From an uncultured Candidatus Micrarchaeota archaeon (GTDB taxonomy: Archaea; Micrarchaeota; Micrarchaeia; Anstonellales; Bilamarchaeaceae), in NCBI GenBank assembly GCA_963714085.1, contig OY970229.1, forward strand, positions 192,001-256,000: a stretch of 64,000 nt of DNA. Reading direction: 5' to 3'. This document shows, piece after piece, positions 29,384-38,860 of the stretch. Both the position numbers and the translations under genes were made by a program. The notes below the pieces were generated by a model. It was not told the DNA's origin. It made no database searches and saw only the letters and a list, made by a program, of their open reading frames with translations. How positions within the stretch are numbered: the stretch's first letter is position 1; each line of letters starts with the position of its first letter.

Positions 29384-31423
29384 ATGATTGTGGGAATAAC
29401 ACGAGTAAAACGATTACCAAGGACAATGCAACTAGTCATGTCGGGACTGTTAGCGCTAAAGCTTTCAGGTTGTGCACCTCTTCCCGAGCCAGCGTACCCC
29501 AAAAATGTGCCGAACGAAATGACCACGAGCAGCATTATCAAAACGCTAAAAAAAGGAGGAGATTACGAAGCGTATGATCGTGCTCTCAGAGATCTAGCTA
29601 GTATGGGAACCCCTGCAGTTTCAGCAGTAGTTTCTGCACTTATTGAAACCTTAGGGAATAACGATACAAACACACGAAGTCGTGCTACTCTTGCACTTGT
29701 AGATATTGGAATGGCTGCAGTTCCTGAACTTATCAAAGCGCTGGGAGACGGAAGGGCATTTGTGCTAGAAAATTCTGCTGAAGCGATTGGAGAGATTGCA
29801 AAAAGGAATCCAAACAATAGCGACATTAAAAATGCAATTCCTGCGCTAATAGAAACCTTCGTACATAAAGATTGGAATGTAAAACGTGCGGCTGCCAAGG
29901 CACTTTGCAATATTGATGAAAACAGCCGTTACATTAATCAAACTGTGAAAGTTGATTTTGCAAAGGTTGTTCCAGTTTTGATTGAGATTTTGGATAAGGG
30001 AGATACGGATCTGAGAAAAGCTGCTGCATTTGCAGTGAAAAGTATTGCCAAAGCGGGACGGGAAGACGCTGAGTTCATAAAGGCAGTTCCTAAGCTGATT
30101 GAAAAGCTGATGGATGAAAATGAACACGTGCAGATGAACGTTGCCTTTGCACTTGGAGATATTAAAGATGTACGAGCCATTCCTAAACTAATTGAAAGAT
30201 TGTCTGACAAAAAATCAAATGCCCAGCCGACTTTTGCTATAGTGCTCGGGGAGATTAAAGACGTACGTGCTCTTCCTGCACTGATTAATGCGCTGAAGGA
30301 TACAGATGAGATAGTACAATTGGATGCTGCCGAAGCGATTGGCGAAATCGGTAAAGCGAATCCAGGAAATGCCGAAGTTGTGAAAGCTATTCCTGCACTA
30401 GTTAAGATGTTAACGAGCATGCATTCCGAAGTGCAAAAGACTGCTGCTAAATCGAAGGATAAACATGAAGTAGTACAATTTGAAGCTGCCAGAGCCCTTG
30501 GAAATATAGGTGAAGCGAATCCAGGAAATGCCGAAGTTGTGAAAGCTATTCCTGCACTAGTTAAGATGTTAAAGAATGTAAATCCTGACTTGCGAAAGAC
30601 TGCGGCCAGATCACTTGGAATGATTGCCATGGCGGGCCTAACGGATCCTAAAATCATAGTTTCTGTTGATCTAGGAATGGATGTGAGAAGCACTGCATTT
30701 ATAGAAGCTGTTTCTGCACTAATCGAAGCGATGGCGTACGGGGGTGAGGAGGTACAAGCAAGTGCTGCTCTGGCATTCATAGAGATTGAAAATTTACTTA
30801 GTATCCGTACGGTGGTGGAGGCAGTGAGTGATGGAGGCACAGAAAAGGACAAAGACGAGCTATTTGAACGAACCATAAACACACGTGTCGTCTCTCTGCT
30901 GATGGAAGCGCTAGAGAACGGAAATGAGACCGCCCGAGCGGGTGCTAGTTGGATGCTTGGAATGGCTAACAAAATGCCTTGGCATTTCGATTTTACGAAA
31001 GCAGTTCCTTTATTGGTTGAAAGTCTGAATGATAAAAGTTGGAAGGTACAATTAAATGCCATAGGGGCACTTGGGAAGCTTGCAGCAAAGAATCATAATA
31101 ATAACGAGTTTGTGAAAGCCGTTCCTGCATCGGTTAAAATGCTCGGTAGCGAATTTGAAGAAATACGGTTAAATGCCATTTTTTTGCTTGGAAAGATTGC
31201 AGAAGCGAATCCTGGAAATGCTGAGATTTTAAATGCGGTTCCTACGCTTATTAAAAAACGAAATGATAAAGTTGTGAGCATACGAAGGAACATAGTTCTG
31301 GTGCTTGGAAAAATCAGAGACCCGCGTGCATTGCAAGCCCTCAAAGAACTAAGTGAAAACGATACAGATCAAAGTGTAAGACAAGCCGCAGCAGATGCAG
31401 TAGGGGCGATGTCTAAAGAATAA
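29384..31423 (+). CDS. HEAT/PBS-lyase repeat protein with possible lipoprotein signal
   Basis: Many AA.ALG.I...A(I/V)P.L(I/V)..L repeats; LSGC lipobox-like motif near the N-terminus. Confidence 0.9.
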   Translation: MIVGITRVKRLPRTMQLVMSGLLALKLSGCAPLPEPAYPKNVPNEMTTSSIIKTLKKGGDYEAYDRALRDLASMGTPAVSAVVSALIETLGNNDTNTRSRATLALVDIGMAAVPELIKALGDGRAFVLENSAEAIGEIAKRNPNNSDIKNAIPALIETFVHKDWNVKRAAAKALCNIDENSRYINQTVKVDFAKVVPVLIEILDKGDTDLRKAAAFAVKSIAKAGREDAEFIKAVPKLIEKLMDENEHVQMNVAFALGDIKDVRAIPKLIERLSDKKSNAQPTFAIVLGEIKDVRALPALINALKDTDEIVQLDAAEAIGEIGKANPGNAEVVKAIPALVKMLTSMHSEVQKTAAKSKDKHEVVQFEAARALGNIGEANPGNAEVVKAIPALVKMLKNVNPDLRKTAARSLGMIAMAGLTDPKIIVSVDLGMDVRSTAFIEAVSALIEAMAYGGEEVQASAALAFIEIENLLSIRTVVEAVSDGGTEKDKDELFERTINTRVVSLLMEALENGNETARAGASWMLGMANKMPWHFDFTKAVPLLVESLNDKSWKVQLNAIGALGKLAAKNHNNNEFVKAVPASVKMLGSEFEEIRLNAIFLLGKIAEANPGNAEILNAVPTLIKKRNDKVVSIRRNIVLVLGKIRDPRALQALKELSENDTDQSVRQAAADAVGAMSKE

Positions 31424-31532
31424 AGGCGATTTAAGCGCTTACATGCTCCGTTTATTCTCAAGTCTTATATCAGCAGGGGTTCTCCAGACACAAAATCACC
31501 AGTTTTGTCTTGAAAACATCCAGACTGGGCTT

Positions 31533-31565
31533 TGCACCTAAAGTCAAGAACCTGCACCTAAAGTC
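31533..31565. repeat. 13-bp direct repeat TGCACCTAAAGTC x2 upstream of the ATPase gene
   Basis: Copies at 31533-31545 and 31553-31565, followed by a partial CCTAAA. Confidence 0.8.
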
Positions 31566-31638
31566 GCCTAAACGACGGACTTAAAATGCAACGCTTCCAG
31601 ACTGCAAACCCTTTTAATTCAAAACAAGCTAACTATCG

Positions 31639-34218
31639 ATGGGGGTAATGGTGAAAAAGGACGAAAAGCTAGCTAGCGAAGCAAAACCGCTCAAGACGAA
31701 GGTTCCCAATCGTCCATCCCGTCCCAGCGGGAAAATACCCGAAAAAATGCTAAACAGGATGTCCATCGGATTCGACAGGTCGTTTATCACCAACACGATG
31801 AGCGCCGGCGAGGCCATACAAGACCTCCACAGCAGGGTGAACCCGAAGACCGCAAGATGGCACAAATCCCAGGATTTCATCCCCCATATCGTATACACCA
31901 TCGCAGTCCTGATACTATACCTCATCGTGATCGCCCCCATGTGGATGACGGTCTCCGTTCTCTTCGGAGTGATTTACGGATCCATGAGCATGATAGCACT
32001 AGGTCTCTTCGGGGTCCTGGTAGTCGCCCCAATATTCCTTCTCACACTGCGGGGACGTTATTACGACAGCTTAAGGCCAGGTAATTCCGAAAGAGCTCCT
32101 TGGTATGCCATCATACCAATCATAATCCTTTTGGGCCTTCTTGTTTACCATGCGGAATTCGGGCTGAAAACGCTCGCGGACGTAGTGGTGGTGATACTGC
32201 TCCTCACCCACTGGATGACACCATATCCGCTCTTCATGGGATCGTGGATACTCGGATGGGTCGTGATTATCGCGTGCCTGGGAATCTACATAAAGCGCGT
32301 CTACTTCAGCAAGCCCAAGAGGGCCAGAGGCATAAGCCTGGGAACCGCGTACCAGCATTACGTCAACACGCTCCGCTATTCGTCAGCGGTCGGGCCGCTG
32401 GAGATCCCGAAGGACAAGCCGGAGGTGGCTGGCGAGACGAAAGAGTTCGTCCTGGATTACGCCGGACAACCCAACCCGCACGCATTGATTCTCGGCGGCT
32501 CGGGCTCTGGCAAGACTACGACGCTGCGCGCTTTCCTAGTGAGAGCATCGCTGGAGTACAACATGAAGTTTTTGATAATAGACTGGAACGGGGAGAGTGA
32601 GGGCTGGGCCCAGAACATAAACGCCACGGTCTGGAAGGCGGGGAAGCATTTCAAGATAAACCCGTTCCTGCTGCGGGGCTCGAGCGAGGCGGACAGGGCG
32701 AGCAGCATAGCCGAGCTATTCCAGTTCGGCGCGCACCTGACGCCCCTGCAGTCGAACATGATAAGGAACATAGTCATGGCCCATTACCAGGCCAAGGAGA
32801 CGCCCCTGCTGGTCGACATCTGGAAGGACATCAACCGCATATGCAAGGACTGGAAGCAGACCAGAGAGCAGAGGCAGTACGCCAACTGGATAGACCAGCG
32901 CTTGAGGTCCGTGCAGCGCGCGTTCGGAACCGAGCCTGAGGAGTTCTGGGACAATGTGCTCAGCCGGAACAACATAATCAGCCTGACCGGGCTGAACGAG
33001 TGGGAGAAGAGCATAATCGCGTACTCCGTCTTCCAGAGGATCGTGGAGCTATTCAACGCGCAGCCGGAGCAGAACAGAAGCGTCCGGCTGCTGGTAGTCC
33101 TAGACGACGCCTGGTCCGTGCTCCAGCCGCAGAAGCAGGAGGACCAGGTGTTCGAGTCGCTGCCCAGCCAGGTGGTCAGGCTGGGGAGGAAGTACGGGTT
33201 CGGAATGGTCGTGAGCACGCAAGAGATGGGCGATCTGCCGCAGCCGTTCGTGAACTCCAGCGCCATAAAGGTCATACACAACTACCGGGACGTGGACTTC
33301 CTGCGCAAGGCGAGGAGCGCGTTCGGCCTGGGGGAGCTGGAGACTGCCTACCTCCAGACCGCCGCCACTGGCGAGGGGTTCGTGTTCGACCAGCTGCGCG
33401 CGCAGAACGGCCAGAGCTTCGCGGATTACGTCAAGGTCCGTCCGCTCGATGAGTTTGAACTGCAGAGGATGAGGGGGAAGGAGACCGCGTTCATGCCTGA
33501 GATGCTCAGCGAACCGGAGATGGTTATCGACCTGGCGGCTTTCGGTCCTGGACGGGGCGAAGCGAAAACGAAGAAGTTGCATTGGCCGCCGCCCATGGAC
33601 AGGCCGACGCCCCCCATGTTCGCCGGATTGCTGGCGATTTACAACAACAAGGGAAAAACGAAGTCCGAATTGGCAAAGATAATCAAAGAAGGCGGCATAG
33701 TGACGAGCCACCCTACGATTTATGGGTTCGCTGGGAGCCCGGGCATATTCGAGATATTGGTGAAGCTGGGTTTCGCGGTGCAGGACAACGATATTTTCAC
33801 ACTGACGGATAAGGGTCTCAAATGGGTCGACCCGGAGCGGATCCTCGACACCGACCGGCTGAGGGTAGGCGGCAGCCTGCACGAGCAGACTCTGGTGCAG
33901 ACGATCAAGGAATTGCACGCGAAGAACCTGCTGGTCGTAGTCCCGCTGCCTGAGAAGGTCGATGAATCCGGGTTGGCGGACAGCGTCGACCTGATGGCTT
34001 ATCCATTCGACGAGAAGAGGAAGGCCCTGTGGAAGGACGATATGAGGAGGGGCTACGAGATACAGACAGGCGCCCTCAACAGGGTGATAGTGGACCATGC
34101 CAAGAATGCGGAGAAATACGGCGTTCCGCTGACGTGGGTGTCCTGGGACCAGGGCGTGCTGGACGCAATAAGGAAGATACGCGGTGAAAAAGACATGTAT
34201 ATGTTAGTCCGGATATGA
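31639..34218 (+). CDS. Membrane-anchored HerA/VirB4/VirD4-like (FtsK-HerA superfamily) ATPase
   Basis: Multi-TM N-terminus; GGSGSGKT, IIDWNGE, VVLDDAW and GRKYGFGMVVSTQ motifs; C-terminal winged-helix-like segment (FTLTDKG). Confidence 0.85.
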   Translation: MGVMVKKDEKLASEAKPLKTKVPNRPSRPSGKIPEKMLNRMSIGFDRSFITNTMSAGEAIQDLHSRVNPKTARWHKSQDFIPHIVYTIAVLILYLIVIAPMWMTVSVLFGVIYGSMSMIALGLFGVLVVAPIFLLTLRGRYYDSLRPGNSERAPWYAIIPIIILLGLLVYHAEFGLKTLADVVVVILLLTHWMTPYPLFMGSWILGWVVIIACLGIYIKRVYFSKPKRARGISLGTAYQHYVNTLRYSSAVGPLEIPKDKPEVAGETKEFVLDYAGQPNPHALILGGSGSGKTTTLRAFLVRASLEYNMKFLIIDWNGESEGWAQNINATVWKAGKHFKINPFLLRGSSEADRASSIAELFQFGAHLTPLQSNMIRNIVMAHYQAKETPLLVDIWKDINRICKDWKQTREQRQYANWIDQRLRSVQRAFGTEPEEFWDNVLSRNNIISLTGLNEWEKSIIAYSVFQRIVELFNAQPEQNRSVRLLVVLDDAWSVLQPQKQEDQVFESLPSQVVRLGRKYGFGMVVSTQEMGDLPQPFVNSSAIKVIHNYRDVDFLRKARSAFGLGELETAYLQTAATGEGFVFDQLRAQNGQSFADYVKVRPLDEFELQRMRGKETAFMPEMLSEPEMVIDLAAFGPGRGEAKTKKLHWPPPMDRPTPPMFAGLLAIYNNKGKTKSELAKIIKEGGIVTSHPTIYGFAGSPGIFEILVKLGFAVQDNDIFTLTDKGLKWVDPERILDTDRLRVGGSLHEQTLVQTIKELHAKNLLVVVPLPEKVDESGLADSVDLMAYPFDEKRKALWKDDMRRGYEIQTGALNRVIVDHAKNAEKYGVPLTWVSWDQGVLDAIRKIRGEKDMYMLVRI

Positions 34219-34300
34219 CGCGTCAGCCGAGGCCAAAGGACGATGCGTGGTGAAGTTTACCGAGCTGAAGGAGATCGCCGCTAAGTCGTGAGGTATTTCC

Positions 34301-34594
34301 ATGGGGTTTATCATCGAAACAACTTGCAATGATTGCAAGGAGATATTCGAGCTATGGGACGGCGGAGGCCGTCGCTTCATTGCTATCCATTGCGATACTT
34401 GCGGAAGCAAAAAAGCAATGATGCTCGCAGATCTCAGGGAAAAAGGCATCGACTACCGAGACAAAAAAACTATCGAAGAACTTGCCGGGAAGTGCGAGTG
34501 CGGAGGTTCATTCAGATTCAATACCCCCAATCGATGCCCGAAGTGCAGATCGACGAATATAACCTTAGGGAAGCAGTTGGGCACATTCAGTTAG
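34301..34594 (+). CDS. Zinc-ribbon protein
   Basis: CxxC, CxxC, CxC and CxxC motifs; GAGGT SD. Confidence 0.8.
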   Translation: MGFIIETTCNDCKEIFELWDGGGRRFIAIHCDTCGSKKAMMLADLREKGIDYRDKKTIEELAGKCECGGSFRFNTPNRCPKCRSTNITLGKQLGTFS

Positions 34595-34757
34595 GAACTA
34601 TCCGTGATTTTTAACCTTTACGGTCAAGAACGAGTTATAAGGGCGATTGATCCTGGGCAGGCGATTCAATATGAGAAGGCGCTGGCCGGAGTCAGGGGCG
34701 TCGCCGTGGTGAAGTTCACGGGTTGGTGAATTTGGATGCAACGTTATTGTCCTATCC

Positions 34758-34889
34758 ATAGGACAAGATTCGCATATTTTGTTCTACCAATAGGACAAGA
34801 TTCGCATATTTTGTTCTACCAATAGGACAAGATTCGCATATTTTGTTCTACCAATAGGACAAGATTCGCATATTTTGTTCTACCAATAG
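34758..34889. repeat. Perfect tandem repeat, 4 x 32 bp
   Basis: Unit ATAGGACAAGATTCGCATATTTTGTTCTACCA at 34758, 34790, 34822 and 34854; no spacers. Confidence 0.97.
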
Positions 34890-35313
34890 AACAGCACGGA
34901 TGAGCCCGTCGCCCGCGAGTCGGCGCTCGCGCTAGGGGTCGATGAAAAAGAAAAATGCTGTCTCTTGAAGGACGGCAAGATGATAGGATGAACTGAGTTT
35001 TTTGCGATAGCAATAGGCCTTTAGTAACCACCGGCTGAAACGCTCGGTTGCCCTAACGTCTTACACCGTGGTCCTATCGAACGGATCTGCTATCCGCGGC
35101 ATATGCCCCCTCGTTTTGAGATACGCTTCGACCTTAGATGCGTTCAGGTCTTATCGCACTAGCGCGTGGCTGCCCGGCAGTGCCAAATGACAACCGGTAG
35201 ACTAGAGGCGCCGAATCCCCGTTCCTCTCGTACTCAGGGATCCTTTCTCTCAAGGGGCAACACTCCCAGGAGATACTACCATACTGTCTCGCGACGTATT
35301 GAACCCAGCTCAT

Positions 35314-35359
35314 TTTCCCTACGTTAGATCCCCCAAGGTAAGCGGGGGAAAAGACGTAT
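35314..35359 (-). other. 46-nt BHB-type 23S rRNA intron (after about E. coli C2573)
   Basis: UCCC-ACA-UACGU...ACGUA-GGGA-AAA. Cleavage after the second bulge nucleotides restores AAAAUCCCACAUGAGCUGGG. Confidence 0.85.
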
Positions 35360-35455
35360 GTGGGATTTTAATGGATGAACAACCCAACCCTTGGCAGGTC
35401 CTACCCTACCAGGATATCCCAAGCCGACAGCGATGTACCAAACCGCGGGGTCGAT

Positions 35456-35504
35456 ATATACGTACGACTAGTCATGTATGAAAAAAACGAATGACTGCGT
35501 CGCT
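35456..35504 (-). other. 49-nt BHB-type 23S rRNA intron (after about E. coli 2477, helix 89)
   Basis: GA-GUAC-ACA-G...C-GUAU-AUA-UC. Removal restores GAGAGUACACAUCGAC. Confidence 0.85.
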
Positions 35505-36032
35505 GTGTACTCTCACCCGCGACGAGCCTGTTACCTCCAGGGTAGCTTGTCTGACAGCTTGAATCCCCATCAAAAGGATTTCAAGGTTCGTTAGGCCCGA
35601 CTTTCGTCTCTGCGTTTCACGCTTTTAGAAACACAGTCAGCCAGACATTTGTCCTTAACCCTCTACTCCCGATTTCTGACCGGGATGAGTCTGACATTGG
35701 GCGCCCTTGTTTCTCTTTCGAGGGCGTACCGCCCCAGCCAAACTATCCACCTGACGCTGTCCTTTTTCAAGTAGAGCAATACGAGATGAACTAAGTGGTG
35801 TAACACTTTCGCCTATCCATACCCCGGAAGGCATGGCTTAACGGCTCCCACTTACTCTTGGTAGCCCATCTCATATCACAACATCAGGCTATAGTAAAGC
35901 TCCATGGAGTCTTCGTTTCCCTCTGGGAGATACCGGCATCTTCACCGGTCAGTGAGTTCACCAGGTCCCGTGCAGGGACATTGGGAGAGTCGTTACGCCA
36001 TTCATGCAAGCCGCCAATTAAGCGGCGAGGTA

Positions 36033-36168
36033 ATACGTCAAGGCCATCCTTTCTAAAAGGATTACCGAGGATCTCGCTACTCAATCTCATGGGCAACTTG
36101 CTTTCTAGGGCAACTCCTTCGCGCTCTCAAGGCATCCTCATATGTGAATATAAGGTCGATAGCCTTGT
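36033..36168 (-). other. 136-nt BHB-like 23S rRNA intron (after about E. coli A1938)
   Basis: GCGU-AAA-CAAGGC...GCCUUG-ACGU-AU. Removal restores AAGGUAGCGUAAUACCUCGCCGC. Confidence 0.85.
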
Positions 36169-38388
36169 TTACGCTACCTTAAGAGGGTCAGAGTTACCCC
36201 CGCTCTTTACTGGTCCTTTTTCGGGTTGAAACCCGCTTTCAGATACCAGCAGTGGGCAGGCGTCAGCCATCATACTCAGCCTTTCGGCCCTGCGATGACC
36301 TGTGTTTTTGGTAAACAGTCGCTCTCCCCTTGTTACTGAGACCACCGCCTTGCTCAGGCGATGGCACCCCTTATACCAAAGGTACGGGGCTAACTTGCCG
36401 AATTCCCTTGCTCGGGTTGTCCTGACACACCTTAGCCTTCTCAGCTAGAGCACCTGTACTAGTTCTCGGTACGGTTGCAGAGGGTCGTTCCGCTCCACTT
36501 TTCATGGGCCCCTGGATTTGATGGAATTGCCCCTTCGGCTTTCACCTGCTTCTCCTCACAATGAGACTCCACAGGCCTACATCCTACAGACATCTTGCGA
36601 TGCTCCACCTATCCGAAGGCGTCATGGAAACGGCTTGCGTTGCCGCGCCTACCTCCGCAGGGTCGGAATATTAACCGACTTCCCTGATTTCGGGCTTCAG
36701 GAATTGCCTTGGCCCTTAGGACCGCCTAACCCTCAGCTGAAGAACGTTGCTGAGGAATCCTTGCTCTATAAGGTGTCCAGAATTCTCGTCTGGATATGCT
36801 GCTACTAACACCAAGATATTCATAACAGGACGCTCCACACGACGTTACCGCCGTGCTTCTGCGCGACCCGTTCGCCCCCCTACTCGCATGCTTTTGGCAT
36901 CGGTGAGGTATCGGAAGCTGGTTTGAGCCCCGTGAATTTTCAGAGCCTGCACCCTCGATCGGTCCGCTGTTACGCGTTGTTTAAAGGATGGCTGCTTCTA
37001 AGCCTACCTCCCGATTGTTTTTGGATGGAAACTCCTTTACGATTAACACTTAACCAGCATTTAGGGCCCTTAGCCTCACGTATGGTCGTTCCCATACAGG
37101 CCCTCAGGCTTACCCCGAGGAACCCAACTGCCTCCTTCTACGAAGATATGGCATTCGGAGTTTGAGAGGATGGCGACCCCTTTCGGAGCCATTCCGCCCA
37201 ATCGGTGCTCTACCGCCATATCGTTCTCCAGAGACGCTGTGCTGAGACACATTTCGGAGGGAACCCGCTATCGCCGTGTTCGACAGGACTATCACCCCTA
37301 CACCCAAGTCACCTAAGTGGAATATACCAACATTAGTTGCGGGCCTCCATTGGTCGTCAGACCAACTTCGCCCTGCTCGGGTGTAGCTCACAACGGCTTC
37401 GGGTCTGTTAAGGGTGACTGATCGCGATTTACCACGACGCCCCTCGCGCATTGCTGCGTTGCGGGCACTCGCTTTCGCTTCGACTTTCATCTCGCCACAC
37501 CTAATAACTCCTTGGCTCTTGCTTCGAGAAGAAAGATACAACACTGGTGGAACCGTGTCGCTTGCGGCGTTGCCACCGTTCGCTTCCACGGTCATAAACC
37601 CTTTCATGCCGTACCATTCTGTGACCACATAATTTCAGGTTCTTTTGACACCGCTTCCGCGGTGCTTTTCAGCATTCGCTCGCGCTACTATTTCGCTATC
37701 GGTCTGAGGCCCCATGTTTAGATTTGGAGGTTGATGCCCCCACCTTCACGTCCCCTATCCGAGGGATGCTACTCTTCATGGTTCGCCCCCCTTTCCTTCG
37801 CATACGAGGCTATCACTCGCTATGGCACGGCATTCCAGCCGACTTCTGCTCGGAAAGAGGATACTACCCGCTACATCTACTCCGACGTTACCGCCGAAGA
37901 ATTCAGCGTGATCTGTCCGGCTTTCAATCGCTTTTACTTACCGGATCGCATTGCTTTCTCTTCCTTCCCCTACTAAGATGCTTCATTTCGGGGAATTGCT
38001 GCACTCTTACGTGCGCCGCCAAACCCCGGGATCGCAGACTGCGTGCGTCTCCCCCGGGCTTATCGCAGCTTGCCGCGTGGCCCTGCGGGCCTCAGCCAAG
38101 CCATCCACTATGTGGCGTAGCAAATTTGCATATCGCTACTAAACTCACTTCAGTAAAAATACCCGGATTTCTCCAGATAAATCTCCTAAAATCTTGCCGT
38201 CACTTCACACGCATCACAGCGCGCCGCACGAGGCGGCCCGCAGGCAACGGCGCAATCTGGCGCCGTCGCAGATTCCCCGAATCACGGGGAGAGACAGAAT
38301 ACTCGCTCTGGGTCCATGCATCTCTCATGCTCCGAGGAGCATACTCGACGTACAAACGAGCGGTAACCCAATAGTATGATTATACTCC

Positions 38389-38397
38389 TTTATAAAG
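38389..38397 (-). promoter_or_regulatory. Probable TATA box of the 23S rRNA transcription unit (palindromic, may be shared with the HNH gene)
   Basis: CTTTATAAA about 270 nt upstream of the 23S 5' end. Confidence 0.55.
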
Positions 38398-38431
38398 GTT
38401 TGGTTGGAATCTCGTGTAGAAGGGTGATTTA

Positions 38432-38860
38432 GTGCCAAGTGGTTTGATGTCAAGTGGTTTGCTGTTGAGAAAAAATTCGTATAATATTTGGGGGGGCGGG
38501 ACTAGTCAGAAGACTAAAAGAAAGAAATTTTCCCGTACTGTCGAGAAAACGATATATCAGAAATATCATGGTAAATGTGCGATATGTGGAAAAACTGTAG
38601 AGTTTGATTACGGGGAAGTCGACCATATTACCCCATTAGCAAAAGGCGGCTCGAACAGACCGAGCAATTTGCAATGGTTATGTCATCGTTGCAATAAGAT
38701 AAAAGGCAGTAGTAAAACAAATGCCCAGGTGAAAGAGTTGCTCGGCATTAAAACAAAAAGCAAACAAAAGAAGAAAACTGCTGGACGAAGGCCCGTTAGA
38801 AAAAGGCAAGTTAACGCCTTTGGGTTCGAGCCGATTCGAATGCCGAAACTCAGGATCTAG
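38432..38860 (+). CDS. HNH endonuclease
   Basis: CAICG...EVDHITPLAKGGSNRPSNLQWLCHRCNKIKG; basic tail. Confidence 0.92.
   Translation: MPSGLMSSGLLLRKNSYNIWGGGTSQKTKRKKFSRTVEKTIYQKYHGKCAICGKTVEFDYGEVDHITPLAKGGSNRPSNLQWLCHRCNKIKGSSKTNAQVKELLGIKTKSKQKKKTAGRRPVRKRQVNAFGFEPIRMPKLRI

Larger units (their letters stand above)
35010..38122 (-). rRNA. rrl: 23S ribosomal RNA, unlinked from 16S/5S, with three introns (ends approximate)
   Basis: Reverse complement has the sarcin-ricin loop AGTACGAGAGGAAC, GAGCTGGGTT, TAACAGGCT, AAGGTAGCG, GCGAAATAGTAG and the 5' GTGGATGGCTTGGCT. Confidence 0.97.

Noticed and set aside
34758..34889. CRISPR array
   Set aside because: The units are contiguous and identical with no unique spacers, and there are no cas genes in the window.
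35299..38379. ORFs overlapping the 23S region as intron-encoded homing endonucleases
   Set aside because: They run through conserved rRNA sequence, the introns are at most 136 nt, and no LAGLIDADG motif is seen.
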